A stretch of 64,000 bases of DNA from Eledone cirrhosa (lineage: Eukaryota), in the NCBI GenBank assembly GCA_964016885.1, contig OZ024744.1, positions 27,466,001 to 27,530,000 of the forward strand. Reading direction: 5' to 3'. Made by a program: the position numbers and the translations under genes. Position 1 is the first letter of the stretch. Every line of letters starts with the position of its first letter. The notes beneath the pieces were generated by a model that had not been told where the DNA came from, did no database searches, and saw only the letters and a program-made list of their open reading frames with translations. This document shows, one piece after another, positions 56,754 through 64,000 of the stretch.

Positions 56754-57534
56754 TACCAAGCGAGCAATACGATCAGTGGAACTTCCACTCTCGAGTTCTA
56801 TAGAGGATTAGTATTGGGCAAGTGCGATGACGCACTCGGAGAAGCTTTGGGCCTTGACGAATTCGAACTGACCAGTCTGTACCGGAGGACTTTCGAGCAG
56901 GGGACGATGGACAATTTCCAGAAATCCCTCGCTAGGCAGTGCTACCCCTGGGCACTGTCGGTTAGGGATAAACTCTACAGACACGGAAGTGCTGTCTGGT
57001 GGCCGTTGCGAAAGAGGTTATATGGTGAACCTGATTAAAAGAACTGAAGACAGACACTTTTCTCTTCGGCCAATCCCTTATCAACTTCTTCAAGTTTCAC
57101 GTGGAATGGAAGATGAGGGTGGAGAGAGAAGTGCTGCTCCCCAGTACATTTGCGAAAAGGTGGATGAATGTAGCGAGAATGGCCCGTGTGAATGGGCCTA
57201 CTCTGACCATGCACCTATAGGCTAGCTAACTGGAAGAGAGGGGTGCTCTCCCTGGGTGCCCTAGAAGCGCAGGGTGGTCCAGCATTGGTGGGGGTACCTG
57301 AGTCACCCCAGAGTCGTCCACCCCGTATCGGGAAATTTATTTTGTTATATTTATGCATAGTTTATTTTATATTTTTTATATCTTCGTTGTTAAATTAGTC
57401 TTGCCATTGTGCACTTTTACTCGACCTTATTGTAAACCCCCACTGTCCCTGTTTCTGTATTGTCCCCTACATGTCGGCCCTTGTGGTTAATAAATGAAAT
57501 CATTATTATTATTGTTATTATTATTATTATTATT

Positions 57535-59571
57535 TTTTCTTCAATGCGAAACACGAAGGTTGCATTGTCAGAGATAAGGCGCGTGCGCTGAGAAACGAGG
57601 GAACCAAAGCTGTTCGATGGGCCCGCGTGGCGGAGGCGCAGCGTGGTAATAGAACCACAATTCGGTCTTTGGCGAATCGAGACGGATACGTGATAAGCGA
57701 TTCCAAGCGGATGTGTGAGGCCTTTCGCCAGCACTTTGCTCGGTTTTTCGGGGCGAGTGGCGAGTCAGAGAGAGTAGCGGATTTCAGTCCCTACCTTGAC
57801 GGCTTGCCGCGCATCTCGACGGTCGACGCTGAGCGCTGCGAAAGGCCGACTACTTCAGCCGAAATTCAGGACGCCCTTGTCGGCTGCATGAGGCGCAAGT
57901 CACCCGGTTTGGATGGCCTGCCCTACGAGCTTTACGGAAATATGCCAGACTTGTTCTCCGAACTCCTCGAAGCACTCTACTGCAACTGGCAGCAGGGGAG
58001 TGGTGACGCTGATAAGGAAAGACGAGAACAAGAGGGATACATTATACAACTTCAGGTCCATACCTCTGCTCAACACAGAGTTTAAGATTTTGGCCAAGGT
58101 GTTAGCAAAGAGATTGGCGCTTGTCATCGAGGATTTGTTAGGGGAGGCGCAAACTTGTGCAATCCCAATCAGGTCCATACACGACAATCTCCACCTCATA
58201 CGATACATCATAGAGAGGGTAGGGTGTAAACCTGGCTTCGGTGGGGCACTGATTAATTTAGATCAATCGAAAGCATTCGATGGGGTCGACCATCTGTATA
58301 TGGAGTTTGTCCTCAAAGCAGCTGGCTTCGGCTCTGTCTTCAGAAGCTGGATCGTTGCAATGCACAGCGGCACACGCTCGGTCGTCAAGGTTAATGGCCA
58401 CCTCTCGGAACCATTTCGGCCTCCCGATCGGTCCGTCAAAGGTGCCCTCTCTCTTCCCTTCTGTACGTATTGACTCTCGAGCCTTTACTTCGTAAGCTGG
58501 AGATGGCGCAGAGCATCCCGCTCGAACCGGGACGTGGAAAGGCGGTGTCGGCTTATGCGGAAGACATCACAGTGATGGTGTCGAACACCTCAGAAATCGA
58601 GGTGGTCGGCACCTTATTGAAGGAATATGAAAGGTTGACAGGAGCCAAACTTAACCCGGAAAAGTCGGTGGGCTTGCAGCTCGGAACCTGGAGGGGCAAC
58701 TCCATGCCGTCCAACAGCGTCGTGGGGCGTTGGACGGATGGACCGTTAAAGTTGCTCGCGTTTAGTTCGGACCAGATCTCCAGGTGGAAAAGAATTGGGA
58801 CGAGGTAACGAGCAGGGTGGCTTCTCTCACCCAAAAATGGGATGTGAGGAAGCTATCACTGAAAGGTCGCGCGGAGGTGGCGAATGCGTACATCGCGTCC
58901 GTCATCTACTACTGCCTGACCGTCGTGCCTTGCCCCCGTCCGCGCCTCGTCAAGTTGGAACGGCTCTTCAAATTCTTATGGAGGGGACAACTTCCGTTGG
59001 TGGGCCGGTCCATCTCCTGCCAGCACCCTCTACACGGAGGGATTGGCATGCCGTGGCTAATGATGTGCAGACATGCGTTCAGGCTGCGACATCTCCAGAT
59101 ATTCTGCCTCAACGGTGAACAGGTGTGGTCGCCGTTTATCACACGAGCATTTCCGCAGCTCATTTCTTTGACTGAGCTGCAGAACTGGGTCAAGAAGAGA
59201 CCGAGACTGGGTGACTGGCACCTGGAATGTTGCCAGGCACTCACTGCCCTCTACCAAGCGGCCAATGCGATCAGTGGAACTTCCACTCTCGAGTTCTATA
59301 GAGGATTAGTGTTGGGCAAGTGCGATGATGCACCAGGTTTGGTGGGATACCTGAGTCACCCCAGGGTCGTCCACCCCCTATCGGGGAATTTATTTTGTTA
59401 TATTAATGCATAGTTTATTTTAGGTTTTTATATCTTCATTGTTAAATTAGTCTTGCCATTGTGCAATTTTACTCGACCTTACTGTAAACCCCCAGTGTCC
59501 CTGTATTTGTATTGTCCCCTACATGTCGGCCCTTGTGGCTAATAAATGAAATCATTATTATTATTATTATT
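57535..59571 (+). mobile_element. Tx1 subfamily B ORF2 fragment, decayed
   Basis: KSPGLDGLPYE, DQSKAFD, AYAED, LSLKGRAEV; a deletion at ~59335 joins to the 3'UTR; (ATT)n tail. Confidence 0.9.
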
Positions 59572-59776
59572 AACAGCGGTGGATTGGCACTATCGGTAGA
59601 GGGTCGGACGCCATGCTTTCCAGCATAGTTACGTCCCTTTACGATCTGAGTTCAAATCCCGCCAAGGTTAACTTTGCTTTTCATCCTTACGGGGTCGATA
59701 AAATAAAGTACCAGTAATGCACTGGTTAATTTGCTGGCCTTGTACCTAAGTAGAAACAATTATTATTATTATTATT
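59572..59776 (+). mobile_element. full-length Meta-domain tRNA SINE with (ATT)n tail
   Basis: GCGGTGGATTGGCAC..GGTAGAG head, GAGTTCAAATCCC, CTTTCATCC-type core, GTAGAAACA(ATT)n. Confidence 0.88.
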
Positions 59777-60358
59777 GAATGCCATGTTGACGGAGGCTCG
59801 ACTCTGTAAGGTATAGTAATTTTTAACCGCTATAACAATTGTAAATCGTTTAAAATTTGAACCCAATTGTAGTTAAAACACCCTCCTCCTCGTGAGAGGG
59901 GTCTTTCTGCCTGTTATTTGGCCCATCGCCGTTAAATAACCGCTTATTGGGGTTTCGTGCCCAATATTCATTTTAAACTGTAAAAAAACATGGCTACAAA
60001 AAAGAATTTTCACAAGTCACTCCCACTCATTCCATCTTCATCAATCGTCACAACATCAGAGAGGAGATTGTCTCTCTCCCTCCCTTCTCTAAATGTGGAG
60101 TCGCCTTTTTCGCAAGCGATGCCATTAAAGAAAATGGAAAATATAGTTTCTGATAGCTTTCACCAAGAGCACGTGCATAACGTGGAACATTTCTCAACGA
60201 CGACGACAACGATGAAAAAAGTGTGCAGTAAATACGGAAAACCATTTCATTCGTCTGACGTCATGAAGAATAGTAGTAGCAGCCGTAATAACAGCAGCAG
60301 CAGCAACAGTGAAAAGGAAAACACTAGTAGCAGCCACAACAACATCAGCATAAGCATA

Positions 60359-60401
<43 letters not shown>

Positions 60402-63118
60402 ACAACAACAACAGCAACAGCGGCGGCGGCGGTCGTAGTACCAGCAGCAACAACAAAAGTAACAGCAGCTCTGACGACAACAACAACAACAACAACAAGA
60501 AAGAAAAACCAATCTCGTTTGCAGGTATCGCAAAGAACCTGGAAACCATCCTCATAACAAATGAGGAATTACAGGAAGCAAAAAGAGGGTGACGAAAACT
60601 GGACACCGAGCAATCTGCAAGGCAGCCGAAACATTTTTAGGAACCGAACAGCACTGTACGGTCACGTACCGTAGAGTAAGCACAAAATCCCGTAGGGTTG
60701 AAAGAGCCACAGAGGCTCAAATACAAAAAGCCTTAGGGTCGACTGTGTGGCAGCGGAAAATGCATATCAACCGAGGCAAGAAATATGCCACCGTGGACGT
60801 GCCTTTTGCCACACCCCAGCAGGCAATGGCTCAATCCTTAGTGACCCTAAGGAGCGAGGAAATGGTGTTGGTGCTCTCCTACTGCGGGCCAAAAATTGTG
60901 AGGGTCAAACTGACCCCCCCACCCCACCCCGGATGGCCCCTTCTTGGCTGGCCGCGTCTGTCCTCGTCGGTATCGAGGACAAAATAACTGTACTGCAAGT
61001 ACAGAAATAAGTACGAGAAGATTGGGTCGGCACCTCCATTGAGATGTTAATCCAAACCAACCAGGAGTGCATCGAAGCTATCCCGGATATGATAGACTTT
61101 GATAACGGCACTCAACTACCCATAAGTGTTGCGGGCAAACGCCCGAAATGCTTTCGATGTGGGTCGAAGACTCACCTAAGGCCTTCTGCAATGAGAATGG
61201 GTCGACCATCGTTACCTAGCGGCAGTCCTGAGGGCGGCTGGCTTTGGGCCCGTCTTCAGAGGCTGGATCGCTGCCATGCACAGCGACATCTGCTCTGTGG
61301 TGAGAGTGAACGGTCACCTTTCGGAACCGTTCAACATCATGCGCTCGGTCCGCCAAGGATGGCCCCTCTCGTCGCTCTTGTACGTATTGACTCTCGATCC
61401 ATTACTGCACAAACTGGAGACGTTGAGGGGTGTCACGCGCGAACTAGGATGCGGAAGATCCGTGTCAGCATATGCGGACGATGTCACCGTAGTGGTGTCG
61501 AACGCCAAACACATCGAGGCGATCGGCACTACACTAAGAGAATATGAAGCGGTGACAGGAGCAATGATCAACCAGGAAAAGTCAGTGGGCTTGCAGCTCG
61601 GCACCTGGAGAGGCAGGTCCATGCCGTCCAACAGCGTCGTCGGGCGCTGGACGGACGGACCAGTTAAATTGCTAGGGGTCTGGTTCGGTCCGGACCTCCA
61701 GACGGACAAAAACTGGGACGAGGTGACAAGCAGAGTGGCTTCTCTCACCCAGAAATGGGCGGAGAGGAAGCTATCCCTGTAAGGTCGAGCGGAGGAGGCT
61801 AACGCGTACATCGCGTCCGTCATCTACTACCGCCTGACCGTCGTACCTTGTCCTAAACCCCGCCTGACTGCGCTGGATCGTTTGCTCTTTCGCTTTTTGT
61901 GGAAGGGACGCGCTCCGATGGTCAGGAGGTCCATCTGCTGTCAACACCCGCTACGTGGAGGGCTGGGCATGCCGTGGCTGATGATGCGCAGACACGCGCT
62001 CAGGCTACGACATCTCCACCTCTTCCTCGACAATGATCAGGTGTGGTCGCCGTTTGCTAGACACGTCTTTTCCCAGCTCGTCTCCTTGACGGAGCTGCAG
62101 TCCTGGGTCAAGCGAAGACCGAGAGGGAGCGCTTGGAGACTGGAATGTCTTCAGGCGCTCACAGCCCTCGACCAATCGGGCAATGTGATCGGTGGAAACT
62201 CCACCTTGGCGTTCTATAGAGGATTAGTGGAGGGGAAGAGCGACGACGTACTTGGAGAAACTGTAGGCGTCGACGAAAATCAACTAGCCAAGCTCTTCGG
62301 AAGGACTTTCGGGCCGGGCCTATTGACAACTTCCAGAAATCCCTGGCCTGGCAGTGCTACCGAGGAGCTTTGCCAGTTCGGGATAAACTCTACAGGCATG
62401 GAGGTGCCGTCAGCCGGGCATGTCCGAGATGCGCGCAGGGCGACGAAACCGTCCTGCACGTACTCGTCCAGTGTCCGAGCATTGCTGACTTGTGGGTTTA
62501 TGTCGAACACCTGCTTTCACGTGTAGGACGGATCCAGCTATCAGCTAAGTCCATCGTGAGGATTGCCCCGCCCTCTTCCTTTAGCCGGGAAGGGCAGGCA
62601 GTTTTTATCTGTCTGGTGGCCATGGCGAAAGAGATAGTTTGGTGGACACGTTTGAAAGGGCTTAAGACGAGCACTTACCTCTTCAGTGATGCCCTGATTA
62701 ACTTTTTCAAATTTCATTTGAAAGGGAAAATCAGGGTAGAGAGGGAAGTGGTCTCTTCCCAGCATTTTGTTGAAAGATGGGTGAGAGAAGCAAGTATGGC
62801 CCGAGTGAATGGGCCTACTCTGAATATGTGTCTGTAAATTAAAGGTGGAAAACTGGGAGAGGGCACTTGCCCTGGTGGTCAGGGTCACTGTGGCCTTTTA
62901 ATGGGCTTTCTCCACAAATGTCGCTCGGAAGTCTCCCCCCCCCCCCTATTGGGGAACTTTTCATTGTTATTTTTTTTATTACATCCTCTGTTTTTTTTAC
63001 ACGTAGAAATGCCCATTTGTACCGTCCTGTATTGTACTGTACTGTCCTTAATGTCTACTTTATGTAGACTCTTGTGGTTAATAAAGAAAGCATTATTATT
63101 ATTATTATTATTATTATT
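59777..63118 (+). mobile_element. chimeric Tx1: 5'UTR/ORF1 of a divergent subfamily fused to ORF2-3'UTR of subfamily A
   Basis: ORF1 pieces 59990-61190 (CTVTYRRVSTKSRRVERA, RPKCFRCGSKTHL) are homologous to but diverged from the 52643 ORF. From 61199 the sequence matches 55905 onward. CPRC..ETVLHVLVQC knuckle; (ATT)n tail. Confidence 0.9.
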
Positions 63119-64000
63119 GGCGACCTACGTAGTAAATCGTATCATCGTGAGCTCCGCAAAGCTTTGTTATTTTCAATTGTTTAAAATTGCCATTCATGGA
63201 AAATTTTATTGTTAACTGTATATAAGTGCACATACATTGTTATCTGAAAAGGACACTCAAAAAGATTGGGGCCTTGAGCCCCAAATTTAAACTTTTATAA
63301 TTATCAAACAAAAATTTTTCTTTGAAACATCATGGCTGACTCAGAGTCACTCCTTTCTCACAAACTAACACCTCACACCGACACCACCATAGTAAATATT
63401 ATTACGTTTGCCAACACTAAAAAAAATATAATATTTTAAATACAATAAAAAAAATATAATATTTTAAATACAATATTTTTAATTTGTCTCAGGCAGACAT
63501 TCATTTCCCGCCATTACCAATGACTGCAGGTGTTAAAGCCGCCACCACCACCGCGACAACAGAAACAAGTTTTTATCTGTCTGGTGGCCATGGCGAAAGA
63601 GATAGTATCGTGGACAGGTTTGAAAGGGGTTAAGACGAGCACTTACCTCTTCAGTGATGCCCTGATTAACTTTTTCAAATTTCATTTGAAAAGGAAAATC
63701 AGGGTAGAGAGGGAAGTGCTCTCTTCCCAGCATTTTTTTGAAAGATGGGTGAGAGAAGCAAGTATGGCCCGTGTGAATGGGCCTACTCTGAGTATCTGTC
63801 TGTAAATTAAAGGTGGAAAACTGGGAGAGGGCACTTGCCTTGGTGGTCAGGGTCACTGTGGCCTTTTACTGGGCTTTCTCCACAAATGTCCCTCCGAAGT
63901 CTCCCCCCCTATTGTGGAATTTTCCATTGTTATTTTTTTGTTACATCCTCTGTTTTTGTTGTTTACACGAAGAAATGCCCATTTGTACCGTCCTGCATTG
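63119..64000 (+). mobile_element. internally deleted Tx1 (5' ~450 bp joined to 3' ~430 bp), runs off the window
   Basis: 63119-63568 matches 51919-52348 and 63569-64000 matches 62600-63030. Confidence 0.9.

Larger units (their letters stand above)
51919..57534 (+). mobile_element. near-full-length Tx1-clade LINE with a chimeric 3' end
   Basis: 5' end GGCGACCTACGTAG directly follows (ATT)n, with the same start at 63119. ORF1, ORF2, 3'UTR and (ATT)n tail are all present. Confidence 0.93.

Noticed and set aside
59572-59670. tRNA gene
   Set aside because: A/B-box-like motifs only, continuing into a SINE core and tail; no cloverleaf evident.
42080-62888. Antisense ORFs over LINE coding regions
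   Set aside because: These are shadow frames of GC-rich Tx1/Dong ORFs; they recur only because the elements are repeated.

Overview
AT-rich, microsatellite-saturated eukaryotic DNA with no recognisable host gene. The SINE, LINE and microsatellite make-up suggests a cephalopod (octopus-like) genome; that is an inference. The first 40 kb is a mosaic of (TA)n/(CA)n/(GGT)n/(AGT)n tracts carrying many Penelope-like elements (PLEs; RT plus GIY-YIG, mostly Naiad-type), nearly all in fold-back form, including a ~5.8 kb near-perfect palindrome. It holds about 20 hammerhead-ribozyme (HHR) motifs from roughly eight sequence families, two with non-canonical cores, several in tiny coding-free units. It also contains a CR1-like LINE, an R4/Dong LINE nested in a PLE repeat, RTE and CRE remnants, a non-autonomous LTR element with PBS/PPT, a non-autonomous Helitron, and CORE- and Meta-type SINEs. 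From 41 to 64 kb lies a polarised head-to-tail array: all Tx1-clade LINE pieces and SINEs are on +, all R4/Dong LINEs are on -, and most junctions are (ATT)n tracts. All calls come from reading the sequence by eye; no database search or folding program was run.
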